A DNA stretch of 64,000 nt from Rhina ancylostomus (taxonomy: Eukaryota). The stretch lies in assembly GCA_030265395.1 (NCBI GenBank), contig JARFYF010000074.1:31503466-31567465 (forward strand), given 5' to 3'. Both the position numbers and the translations under genes were made by a program. The notes beneath the pieces are model-generated. The model searched no databases. It had not been told where the DNA came from and saw nothing but the letters and a program-made list of their open reading frames with translations. Shown one piece after another: positions 26,101-37,385 of this stretch (its first letter is position 1; every line of letters starts with the position of its first letter).

Positions 26101-29100
26101 TTCACATGAAGGAAGGTTGTATGGTTGTTGAAGGTCAATCATCCCAACCAAGGACACAATTGCAAGAGTTTGTCACAGCAGTGTCCTGTGCCAACCATCT
26201 TCAGCTGTTTCAACAATGACCTTCCTTCCATTATAAAGTTAGAAAGAGGGATGTTCACTGATGATTGCACAATGCTCAACTCAATTCACAACTTCTTAGC
26301 AAGTAAAGCATCACATGCCTGCATGTGGCAAGATGTAGATGACATTCAGCATGGGCTGTCTTATTTTTATCCAACCATTAATCCATTGCCTTCTCCTTTA
26401 CTACAATATTTGTAGCCTCCACAAGTTCTTAATTATCCCCACATTAAAGATTTTTTATACTATATTTTTGTGCACTATATTTTTGTGCCTATAGATGTAA
26501 CTTTGGATTCAATTTGCTACTCTTCCTTGGATCCATTAGATCTTTACTTTTTTGAACAGCCTGCTATATGATACTTTGTAAGAATCCATTCAGACAACAT
26601 CAAACGCATTGTGCTCATCAACCCTCTTTGTCACTGGTTCAAAAATTTCAATCAAGTTAAAGANNNNNNNNNNTTCCTTAAAACATCTGTGCTGAATGTT
26701 CAGAGTTAATCTGTGCTTTTTTAAATGAAGGCTTGTATGGCCTCTTGGAATGGAGCTCAACAACACTGCCAATATTAAACTATCTAGTACATGATTCCTC
26801 TGTTTCCTTTTTAAACAAAGGTAAATTGTGAATAGACCACCACTCTTCTGGCACCATTCTTGTAGCCAGGAAGAATTGATAAATTGTAGTTAGAGCAATC
26901 AGTGCCTCTCATAAGCTTTCCCTTTTTGTTTTATTTTACCCTCTAGTCTTTGCCTTATCTTACCGCCAAAAAGACCTCAGGCTATATTTCCAAAATTCTT
27001 TGAAGGCACTGAGCAAATTTCAAAAGTGAAAAGAATCCTCAAATCTCTTAAAAGAACTATAGAACAAAACCTGGAGAATTGTATTAAATCCAGGGCACCA
27101 CTCTTCAGGACAATGTCAAGCCCTTGGAGAAACTCCCTGGAATGGTACCAGGGATAGGAGTTAAATGGAGAATTTCCCTTAGGGCAACATGGGTGTGGAT
27201 GTGTGTCCAATTTGGTGTGCAATGCAAGTGTGCACATTTGAAATGTAAGTTGCATCTCATGCTATGTGCGCATCAACCACAACAATAATTCTGTGTGTCA
27301 GCTGCAATTCCCAACAGTGGAGTGTCTATTGACTTCACCTTTACCAGAGCTCTTTCATACCACACTTGGTCAAATGCTGAGGGTTGTTACTTTCACCTCA
27401 TCACTGGAATTCACCTCTTTGGTTCACCTTTGGACCAAGGCGGTAACAAGATCTGGAGATGAGCAGTAGCAAAACCCAAACTGAGCAATACTGAGCACAT
27501 TATTGGGTGAGTAAGTGCTGCTTGATGGCATTGCTGATGACACTGCAATAACTTTTCTGACTGAGGGGTGACTGATTAGGTGACAATTAGTCAAATTGGA
27601 TTTGTTCTAATGTTGTTGTCAGAACATATTTGGACAATTCAATGTGGTGAATCGCCCAGGTATGTTCTAACAACAAATCAAGTCAAATACAATCTATTAT
27701 GCCTGTGGTGTAACAAGTTCTGGAGGACAAGTACAATAGTTACAATATTGTTTGGTCCCATAACTTTTGCTAATCCAGTGCTTCTTTATAACATGTGGAG
27801 TGAAACAAATTGGCTGAAGATTGGCTTTTGTGAAGGCAAGACGAAGGAGGAAGCCATGGTGGACTTGGCATTTATGCCTGAAAATGGGTGAAAATGCTTC
27901 TATCACGTCTTACATTCATATATGCCATATCCTTTGTTATTAATGGATCAGATGACTCTGGGTCTGGCCAACTGCCCAAACTGCTCAATACTCCTACTTG
28001 TATAACCTGTTTCTGAGTACAGATCGTTGGTTGAGTTGACCTCATACCCAAGAAATCCTGTGAAGAGGTGCAACTTGCAAGTGACATCTAAATCTCAGAT
28101 GGCATATCCTGAGGCCCAGGTCAAAGGCAGTTAAAACTGTTCAAATAGATGCAAATAAATAAAATAATACCTATTAAAAGTAGAAAATAAAAGAAAAATA
28201 ATCTTAAAATACTAGGAGTGAAAAGCCATAAGATAAAGTAAAAGTAAAATGTAAACCAGTTACTTGAACTAACCGTTTTACTCACTGGTGCTGTATGCAT
28301 TCATATGAATGGTGTCATTCTTCCTACATCGGTGATCTGGCCACAGTCTTCAGTAGGCATGTGTTTTGTTGTTGGACTCTGTGGTGAGTTCAGCAGTGGA
28401 ATAGCAGGTCGGATGCACCAGAATGGCAGCTTCAAACTTGTCTCCAAATTCCTTGTTTCACTGTGTAGGCAAGTGAATTGGTGGCAAGCTGAATAGGGAG
28501 TGACAGATGGCCAGAAGTTCTCTAAAGGAAAATTTGTAAGTTTTAAAGATAGAAGCCTTCAAATTTTAATTTATTTTTCCTTACTTCTATATGACTATTT
28601 TCTCTCCCAATCTCTCTTTATTTCTATGTGTAATTTGATTACAATTCACCTTATTTCCTTCACTCTATTTCTTTTTCATCATATTTTTCGCTGGTTGTAT
28701 TCTTGGCCCACCACTGTCAGTTCACTTTTACAGCATTTTGCAGTACAAAACAATTATTACTTTTAAAAATATTTAAATTATGATTTAAGACCATTTTCCC
28801 TTTATATTCAATTTAATTGTGGTCTCAGATTTTTAGTTAATTCATTCATTACATGCAAACATTGCTAGAAAAGCATTTATTACCAATTGATCTTGACAGT
28901 GCTCATGCACCTACTTCAACCTCCACAGTTTTTGTGGTGAGTTAATTTGAACTGAACTTTGGAAGTGAAGTACAAAAGGAATATGGTACCATATCATGCA
29001 CTTAGTAAGTGTGCCCAAGCTCAAACTTCTACCTCAAAACTTCCAGATTGCTTGTCTAGATTACAAGTCAAGAAAGTTAACTACTATGTCACTAACCAGT

Positions 29101-31699
29101 CGCTTAAATGTAGCCTTTAAATGTCCAACCATGGCAATTTTGATAGTTAATCATCAAAAGAAGAAAAGTGATTTATTTATATGGCTTAATCATTGGGATC
29201 ATTATTGCCTCAGAACATAATTATTGACATAGCAGATACATGATTTTATGCCGAAGTAGCTTCCCAGGAAATGGGAAGGAAATGTGCTCTCTGCATGCAA
29301 ATGCAATTTCTGCTGTACATCCATTGAAACTCCTACTTTTAATAATGGAACAATGGCAACAGCTTATATTGCTGTTATTGATCCTTTCTTTTGAACTTGT
29401 TGACATTTCCAGTGATCTATCATTTTATTACAACCATTTTATTACAACTTAAGGGAGGACCCTCAAAGTAGGAATCCAAATTCCACCTATGTAGTTTCTA
29501 AAAAAGAGCGGCCTCTACTATAGCTGAGAAAGTACCAATTAGTTCAGATAAATGTAAAATGCCCTGCCTTCATCACCACAGAATATCTACCTATATCCAT
29601 TTAGCTGTCTTTGCCCCATATCCTTCAACAGTTTTGTATTTTTTTGAAAAGATCTAATAATATCAGATTTAAGGTTAACAATTGATGCAGCATCAAGTGC
29701 CATTTGTGGAAGGATGTTCCAAAATTCTGCCATCCATAACATGTAGAATTGTTTCTGAATCTAACTTTTTGACAATACCATTTGGTTCTAGGCTCCCCAG
29801 CTATGAAGAATGGTTTCTCTTTATTCACCCTGTCAATTCTCACAAAAATTCCAAATCTTCATTTAAATTACCCATTAACCTCTCAGATTCCAGTCAATAC
29901 ATTCCTATTTCTCCTTGCTCTTTAACATTTGGAATCTAAGTAGTCTCATGACTCACAGAACTTCAGATCTGGTTTATCAAAGCTTTATTTTATTCGTACT
30001 ACAGTAATTGCACCCATAAAATATAATTATTGTTATAATTTTAAGAAGAAAAACATGAGGCAGATCCAATCAGCAACTCTGGCTCCTCCATTCAGCAGAA
30101 CTTTCACTTAAGATTCTAGCATTTTTAAAAATGTGTTTGTTTAAATCACCAAAGCACCCAGAAATCCATTCCACAGGCGATCACAATCTGCTAGGAATAT
30201 ATTATGATATTAATCTTAAATTTACATTTCCCAGTTTGAACTTGTCCTTTTATCCTGTATCATTTCTTAACCTATGTTCTTGAGTTTTCCTTTACTGTCC
30301 CATTCATTATCTTACAAGACACCTTTTAGAGCATTCTTTTCCAAGTCAGAAAAAGACCAAGATTTTCCTCATTACTTAATTCTTTGACTGGAAAGTTTAG
30401 TACTTTGGGTGTAACTTCCATTACAAACCTGGTTTAAATGTGTGCCCATCAGCGAGATCAGCAGAGAGCACGCTGTACTGTTTATTTTCTTTGTACAATA
30501 CTGCACTCACTTGGGGCTTTCAGTAAATTTCAGCTAAGAAGCTGAACAAAAAGTCACAATGACGCCCACCGTGAAAAAGGGGGAAATGATTGGCCTATAA
30601 TAGTCTTCCATTTGGAGATCGCGGTTCCACCCTAACGTTTCCTCCCTGGGCCAACCTCCGGGGATCCGAAGGTAAAGATGGGGGGAAACCTGGGAGGGAA
30701 TCGGAAACAAAGTAGCTGGCATACCGCCTGTTCAATTTCCTATAATTGCTAAAAACATTGTTTTAATGAAATTTGAGGTGGACAGTGAAGTGAATGGCCC
30801 GCTAACACTGTGCCGACGCCGGCTGCATTTCTTGGTGCCTCAACGATACACACTGACTTGATTGCAGCTGTTTTCTTTGTTCTTTCTGCTCAGCCCAAAA
30901 CGCGACGGATTCAAGAAAGTGGAGAAATGTGACAACTCGATTGCAGANNNNNNNNNNGCCAAGGTTACATTAAAAATGCCGCAGCCACCGCAGAACCAGC
31001 CCTCTTGTCACGCAGCAGATAGGCGAATAAAAACATATTGCTGGTTTATAAAAACATAATGTGGTTAGAACGTGTACTGCATTATAATGGCCATGGAAAC
31101 AGAACTGAACGCAGCGGGAGGTTAATATGTCTGCGGATTTAGCATTCATTGTTTATAACAGATGAAGCATGCATTTATTCGGAAATGTAACGTTTATTTC
31201 TAGCACTAATTTTTATAGGATCTTGTTGGATAATTGCAGGAAAAAAATCAGATCGGCTTTGAGGAGGGTGGCATCCCAAAAATAAAATATCTTTCCAAGC
31301 TGTTCAAAAACATTAAGCTGAAGGAAAATAGTTTATATAAACGTTCTTGATATTTAAAATGTTATAGCTGTCAAGTCGCTTTAAAATAGCTAGTATGAAA
31401 TCAGAAAAAAAAGACAAGAGACTGCACAGTTGCTGGAATGTGCAGCAACAAACAATCTGCGGGCGAGACAGCGGGTGGAGCAGCATCTATGGGGGGGGGG
31501 GACGGAGGAATTTTCGACGTTTCGGGTCGAAAATACTGTATCAGGACTCAAGAGTGGCAAAAAAAAACCAAATTGATCGTGCTGGAAATGATCAGCAAGT
31601 TGGCTGGATGCTCAGTGTGTTACTCGGCCAAGTGATTGATGTTAGTATCGGTACTCACTTGTCATACCTTTCAGGAATGAAGTAAAAGAACACCTGCAC

Positions 31700-32820
31700 A
31701 GTGTGTGGACGGTAGCAATTTGGACAGATTAGGTAAATTGTAAGAAACTTTTCTCTAAAGCAGAGGTGACAAAAACTAGAGGCCACGGGGTTTAAGGTAA
31801 GGGGTAAAAGGTTTAAAGGAGACCCGAGGAAGAAATTTTTCAGCAAATGGTGGATGGAATCTGGAATAAATTGCTTGATTGGGTATTGATGGCAGGTATT
31901 CTCAGATTTAAGAATCATTTGGATGAGCACTTGAATTGCCAAGACATAAANNNNNATGGACGAAGTACTGGTAAATGCGATTAATATTGATGTGTACTTG
32001 ATGGTTGACATGGGTCTGATGGGTCAGAGAGCCTTTTTATATGCTATATGATATTACAACTATTATTTGGATTCCCTCCCATGCAAAGAACAATTGACGC
32101 AGGTCAATTATTAATATTAAATTTGTTGACTCAAAGTATCAAGATATATGGGGGAAAAGCAAGTAAATGGATTTGGGTCACAGATGAACCACGATCGTAT
32201 TGACTCATGGACCAGCCCTGAGGAACTGAGAACCCTCTTCCTTTAGTGTTCCTATGGTTCACTCTACACTTATGCATAGCCTTGATCCAGACATGGATTG
32301 TTATTGATATTCACGGCAAGTATATTTAGTATTAGAGAAAGTTCAAAGGGCATTGACAAGGATGTTGCCAAGAATGGGCATGTTTAATTAAGAGAATGAC
32401 TAGACTGTAGTTGATTTTCTCAGGCTGAGGGGAGATTTAATCAAGCTGTGTAGTATTATGCGAGGCCTAGATATAGTACAAAGGAAGGACTTACTTCCTT
32501 TAGTAGGGAAGTCTATGACTAAGTGGCGTAGGTGTAAGATAGGGTGCTAGAAGATTGAAGGGGAGTGGGGTGTTGAAGTACTTTTTTACTCAGAGTTGGG
32601 GGGAGGGTGTACTCTGAAAGCCATTTGTCTAAAGGCATGGTTAAAGTAGATATTCTCAACACGTTTAATAAGTACCTGGATGAACATCGGATGCTTCATA
32701 ATTTACAGGGTGATACAGCAAAAATTAGAAATCGGGATCAGTTTACATAAATCTTACTCGTCCAATCTGAACAATGGACCAGAAGTTTTCCTCTGTGCAG
32801 TAAATTTCCATAATTCTATG
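31700..32820 (+). mobile_element. Cluster of degraded CR1 3' ends
   Basis: Repeated AAAACTAGAGG.CA...TTTAAGGT and GGCTGAGGGGAGATTTAAT motifs. Confidence 0.6.
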
Positions 32821-34039
32821 GTATTTAGCTTTTATGTTCATAACACAAGAGCAAAATTGAGCATAACATTCTGCACCCTGAAGACAGAGTCTAGCTGACA
32901 ATAGCACTGTGATGCTATGGATCCCAAAGGGGAGTCCAAAAGGAAAATGCAGAAAGCTTGGATTGAAATCTCACATACTGAAACTTTATCCTAATTATCA
33001 GTTGTCGGTCATTGCCAGAGTCCCTCAGAGCAAAATCCTTAGTTCAATTATCTTTTCTCAATGATAAGGTTAACGATAACCTTGCAATGATCCCTCAATA
33101 TTACTTCTCCATCTCCAATTCTCAAGCCATGTGAAATAGAACTTGCTATAACAATGCTCATGAAGTTCAACACAATAAAAGATTAAGCAGTGTGGGTAGT
33201 TGATATGCCTCTACTTAGCATGATAAGTTCTGCTCCACCATCAACATACCATTTTTATCTAAAATATAAAACACCAACTTATCAAGTTGTGATGGATAGC
33301 AAGGTCATACTTATTTCAATATCCTGATGTCATGGTGCACAGCTAATGTTAATTTATATACTTAATATTATGGTATAGACGTTGACATGGTCCTGATGGG
33401 CCAAATGTCCTCCTGTTGTAATAAGTAAACAAATAAGTTAAGATCAGCTCCATTCTATAACTGTAAGACCTTGAAAGTTATTATGTCCAGTGACACACCA
33501 CCCTCCCGTGGTTATCTATTATAATTACTTTACTATTTGTGGATTAAAATCCTGGAATTTAAAGAACTTAAAGTTATCAGAGGAATACCATAGATTGAAA
33601 GAAAGCACTCAATGAAGGAAAAGTCCCATTAGAACCTCAGAATAAGCAGAGACATAAAACTGAACAATCAAGCTGTATTTGGTGTAAGTACAAAATACTG
33701 CACAGTCTTTGAGTATTATTCACTTCCAAATATAGAAATATAGAGATTACAGAAATAAAGATGGAATTTAAACTTGTCATTGTATTGTTCACTAGTTACC
33801 AACAGGTATGAATTATACAGTATGAAAAAACTATGTTGGGAAAAACAATGTAACAAACACCGAAATAGATAATATAATTAAATATAATACCCAATTATAA
33901 TATGCGAATATATACCGGGTAATATTACATTAAAAATGATTGCTTGGGAAAAATGGGACTTTTTTGGTTAAATAATACTAACGATATGCTTGATTTTAAA
34001 GCAATTTATTTCGAATCTCCTTATCATGTAAATATGAAA

Positions 34040-34462
34040 AACACATCGCACGTGCAGTAATATTGTCGCTTTGATCTCAATCGACTGGGCAAAAGAGTCA
34101 TTATAATAATATAAAATCATGTTGAAGAAACCGTACGGATAGCCTGATTGGTGAAGCAAGGCTGAGGTCTCGCCTTACACGAAGAACTTCAGAGGCTCCT
34201 CCTCAGTATCCAGGGCTTCTCGGAGCAGCTAGTGACTACTCTCCCATTGGTTGTATATTGTATCAATTTTGGCTGGAGAACCAATGACTGAGAGGGTCGG
34301 CCCTCTTCCCTTTTGACATCAGATCATGTGGCTCCTAACAGCTGATGCAATGTTCAAGTACAAAGCGGTGGCCGCAGCTGGCCCGGGTTCGCACTCGGGG
34401 CTGTCACGGGCTGGGGGGGTGGGAAGCAGTGGCTCCTGGTCGGGACATATTATTGAGTAGTA
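34040..34462 (+). promoter_or_regulatory. DDIT4L proximal promoter / 5' region, CpG-enriched
   Basis: GCACGTGC at 34048-34055; ATTGG at 34147 and 34246; CCAAT at 34281; TGATGCAAT at 34343-34351; TATA-like TACAAA near 34359. Local CpG density is well above the CpG-depleted background. Confidence 0.7.
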
Positions 34463-34685
34463 ATGGTGATGATGTATGTCCAGACTTTAGGAGTCACGGG
34501 CCGTTATAGTACAAGGACGAGTCCTACCGACGATGAGGAGGATGGTGTGGTCCAGTTGATGAAGAGACTCCTTCACCATAGCTTCGCTGGCGAAGCGGTG
34601 ACAAGTTCAAAGAAGATAAAGCATAGTGAAAACCCCTTTGAGAGACATTATAACGTGGAAAATGAACGCCTTATTCCTACTTCAG
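34463..34685 (+). CDS. DDIT4L: DDIT4L (REDD2/RTP801L) first coding exon
   Basis: ATG at 34463 in a CpG-rich region. Donor CAG|GTGAG has its GT at 34686. The exon is 223 nt (phase 1) and joins in frame (G+AT=Asp) to the exon at 36118. The N-terminus MVMMYVQTL...EEDGVVQLMKRLL resembles fish-type Ddit4l N-termini as I recall them. Nearby in-frame ATGs are alternative starts. Confidence 0.85.
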
Positions 34686-36117
34686 GTGAGCTGCTGGGTC
34701 GCTGCGTTGTTTTATTCTTGATAACTCGATACTAAATGACAGATTTCATAAGAAACCCCTAAAACTGTCAGTTTATGTTTTATCCAAATCATCTTCAATT
34801 AGCATTTGGCATATTCTAATTGAAGTGCCTCTACAATCCTGGAAACAAAATGATGGAAGCCTTTTTCTTTTAGCATCGTCTAAATTCAGACGTCTATTTC
34901 CTCTTCATGGAAGAAATACTATGAAGTAACGTCCCTTTTCTCTTTTTTTCAATCTGAATACTAATTCAAACTAATCGGTTACATCATCGCTATTCTAGAA
35001 TCGAGAATGCAGAGTGAAAGTAGTATGCAATTGCACAACAATAAACGTCAACCACTTCACACAGATAAACCATGGAATACACCATTCCCAAATACTGGCT
35101 GAAGTGTTCGGAACTACGGGCTGAAGATTACTACTACTACTGTTAAATAGATGGTTCACAGCAGAAAGCAAACGATAAATTTGAAACTTACTAAATATAT
35201 TGGAATTCCTGCTGAAATTGTCATTTTTGGACCATCCAGAAGTTTTTCAAGTGTTAATGCAATGTCATCGTGGACTGAAAGAACATTCTTGCTCAATATA
35301 AACTTTTGTTTCAATATCTTTGTAGAAATATATAAACTTTTTTGTTTATATATTCGAGATGAAAACATGATTGTGAATGTTGGTAATGGTATAATCGACT
35401 GTCTCCTTAAGAGTTGTGTGAAGTGCTAATTCTTAAAATGGCAAAAAACAATTTATTCTGGCTGTTAGGATGGTACTATTATGAACCAGTCAACAAGTTC
35501 TGGATTGCAATTCTGCACCAGAGATCTGAGTATAAAGATCCAGACTGGCACTCCAATGGAGTACTGATGGCATGCTGTACTGCCAGACATGCCATATTTT
35601 AGATGAGAATTAAACCAGTGCCCCATTTGCTTTCACAGATGGATGTAAAAGATCTCTCAACAATATCAGAAGAGAATGGCAGTTATCCCTGGTTTCACTG
35701 CTGATGATTATCCCGCTATCACTAAAACGTTATCTAATTATCATATTGCTGTTTGCAGCTATGTGCAAACTAGCTGCTGTGTTTCCTACATTACAAAAGT
35801 GCATAATTATAATTACTTTAGCTGAAGAGCATATATATATTTTAAGGTTACACAGGGCACTGTATGTTAGAATTTATTAATATTTGATTCACAGTCAATA
35901 TTGGAGTTTCTTTTTTGGATTTCATCCACATATAGTCAATATTGGAGGATGTTATTTATTCAAATCAGATCCATGTGATTCTCTACTAATTTTAGCAGTA
36001 GGGTGCAAGATTGAGAATAGTTAAATCAATTATTGACTTCCAGTTTAAAAAATCCATACTTCTAAATATATTCATTAATTTCCTGAAAATGATACATAAT
36101 TTGTCCTTTTCTTTCAG
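34686..36117 (+). other. DDIT4L intron (1432 nt, GT-AG, phase 1)
   Basis: Canonical GTGAG donor, polypyrimidine tract plus CAG acceptor, and the reading frame is preserved across the junction. Confidence 0.88.
35520..35835 (+). mobile_element. Deu-domain SINE (SacSINE1/AmnSINE1-like) in the DDIT4L intron
   Basis: Ordered motifs GTACTGA.GG...GATGAGA..TAAACC...GGATGTAAAAGATC...CACTAAAAC...ATTGCTGTTTG...GCTGCTGTGTTTCCTACATTACAA, matching the Deu-domain consensus as recalled. Confidence 0.7.
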
Positions 36118-36605
36118 ATACATATTTCGTGAATCAACCTGGAAATGATTTTATTTTTCTAGAGGAATTTTTGGAAGAGAGTACCTGCCAGCATCTAGCT
36201 AAGCAGATAGAGCACTGCCTATCCACTTCTAAGAAATCCCAGTTGCAATGCCAGGAGCTCTTGATCCCTCAGTACATGAGCCGAAGAATAGCACAGGATG
36301 TAGTTCGAATGGCTGCCAGTGAGCCCTGTGGACTGCGTGGTGCTGTGATCTATGTTAATCTGGAACACGAGAACACAAATAAGAAGCTGGGAAAAATAGT
36401 GTATGACAGCACCGTAATTCCTACCTTTGAATTGACTCTAGTCTTTAAACAAGATAACAACTCCTGGCCCAGTCTGAGGGATTTCTTTTCCATAGGGACT
36501 TGTTTCACACATGCATCAAGGAGAGTGTTGAAACTTAGTCCAGGATTTAGACTGGTCAAAAGAAAATTGTATTCTTCTGTTGGACCAATTGTTGAAGAGT
36601 GCTGA
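36118..36605 (+). CDS. DDIT4L: DDIT4L last coding exon, RTP801_C domain
   Basis: Acceptor TTGTCCTTTTCTTTCAG|AT at 36117/36118. Translation contains the RTP801/REDD motifs SEPCGLRGA, DSTVIPTFELTLVFKQD and LSPGFRLVKRKLYSS, and ends VEEC*. The spliced CDS is 711 nt = 236 aa plus stop. TCQHL...CLS..K and VFKQD..SWPSLRDFF fit DDIT4L better than DDIT4. Confidence 0.93.
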
Positions 36606-37385
36606 TTGAGTGCCAAATTAGATCTTGGAGGAAATTTGTGCTGACAATTCTGACTAATGGTTTATTAAGGCTTAATGATTGCTACTAAGCCTGGAACAAG
36701 TTTTTTTTGTAAATATTCTCGTGCACAAAATGCTAGTTTCTTACAATGACTTAATAACTTGAATTTTACTAATATTTTTGAAGATTTGGGATGCTGAAGT
36801 GACCAGGGCAGGAAGCAGAGGATGCATAATGAAAATTCACATTATTGTATTTTTCACATTGTGTTCTTCTGTCACTGTTAGAGGTAGATAGTTTTGGTTA
36901 TGGCTGAGGAACATTGAAAATATGTGGCGATGGTAAAGGGGGAACAAAGTGCATGAGGGAAAATCTAGGGAAAAGAGATGAAGAAAGTGAAATGTGGGTA
37001 AACTTTTGGTTGGAAGAGGCAATGAGGAAGTAACGAATTGAAACATCAGTACACTACATTATTAAGCTGTGTAATTGAGAAATGATTACTTGGTTGAAAG
37101 GAGTTTTAAAGGTCTGCTTTTTGTCCTATTTTACTGATGTTCAGTATTGTCCATGTTTGCACATTTTTGCACTGCATTTGATTGCACTGTTGAATTTAAC
37201 GATTTTGTATGGGCACGCTGGACTTGCTCTAAAGTAGTATGTTCCATTTATATGAACAGTGCAACTGTTCACTTCATCTATTGCAGTGCTATGATTGAAT
37301 TCTTGTTAAAGTGGTAAGAGATTGTCCTATTGTAAACACATTGGAAATGTTGGAAATAAACTTTATATAAGAATGTTGTTTCAAT
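36606..37385 (+). other. Probable DDIT4L 3' UTR
   Basis: Repeat-free AU-rich stretch after the stop, ending at AATAAA (37355-37360) with GT/T-rich sequence downstream. Confidence 0.6.
37355..37360 (+). terminator. Polyadenylation signal AATAAA
   Basis: First AATAAA I find after the stop codon; followed by GAATGTTGTTTCAATTTTTC. Confidence 0.65.

Noticed and set aside
34686-34735. C-terminal tail of the 90-aa ORF 34463..34735
   Set aside because: Read-through into the intron past the GT donor at 34686.
36350-36616. 88-aa minus-strand ORF
   Set aside because: Antisense shadow of the DDIT4L exon.
37257-37262. CAGTGC as an iron-responsive element loop or a miR-130-like miRNA
   Set aside because: There is no 5-bp upper stem or bulged C for an IRE, and the downstream bases do not match miR-130/301.
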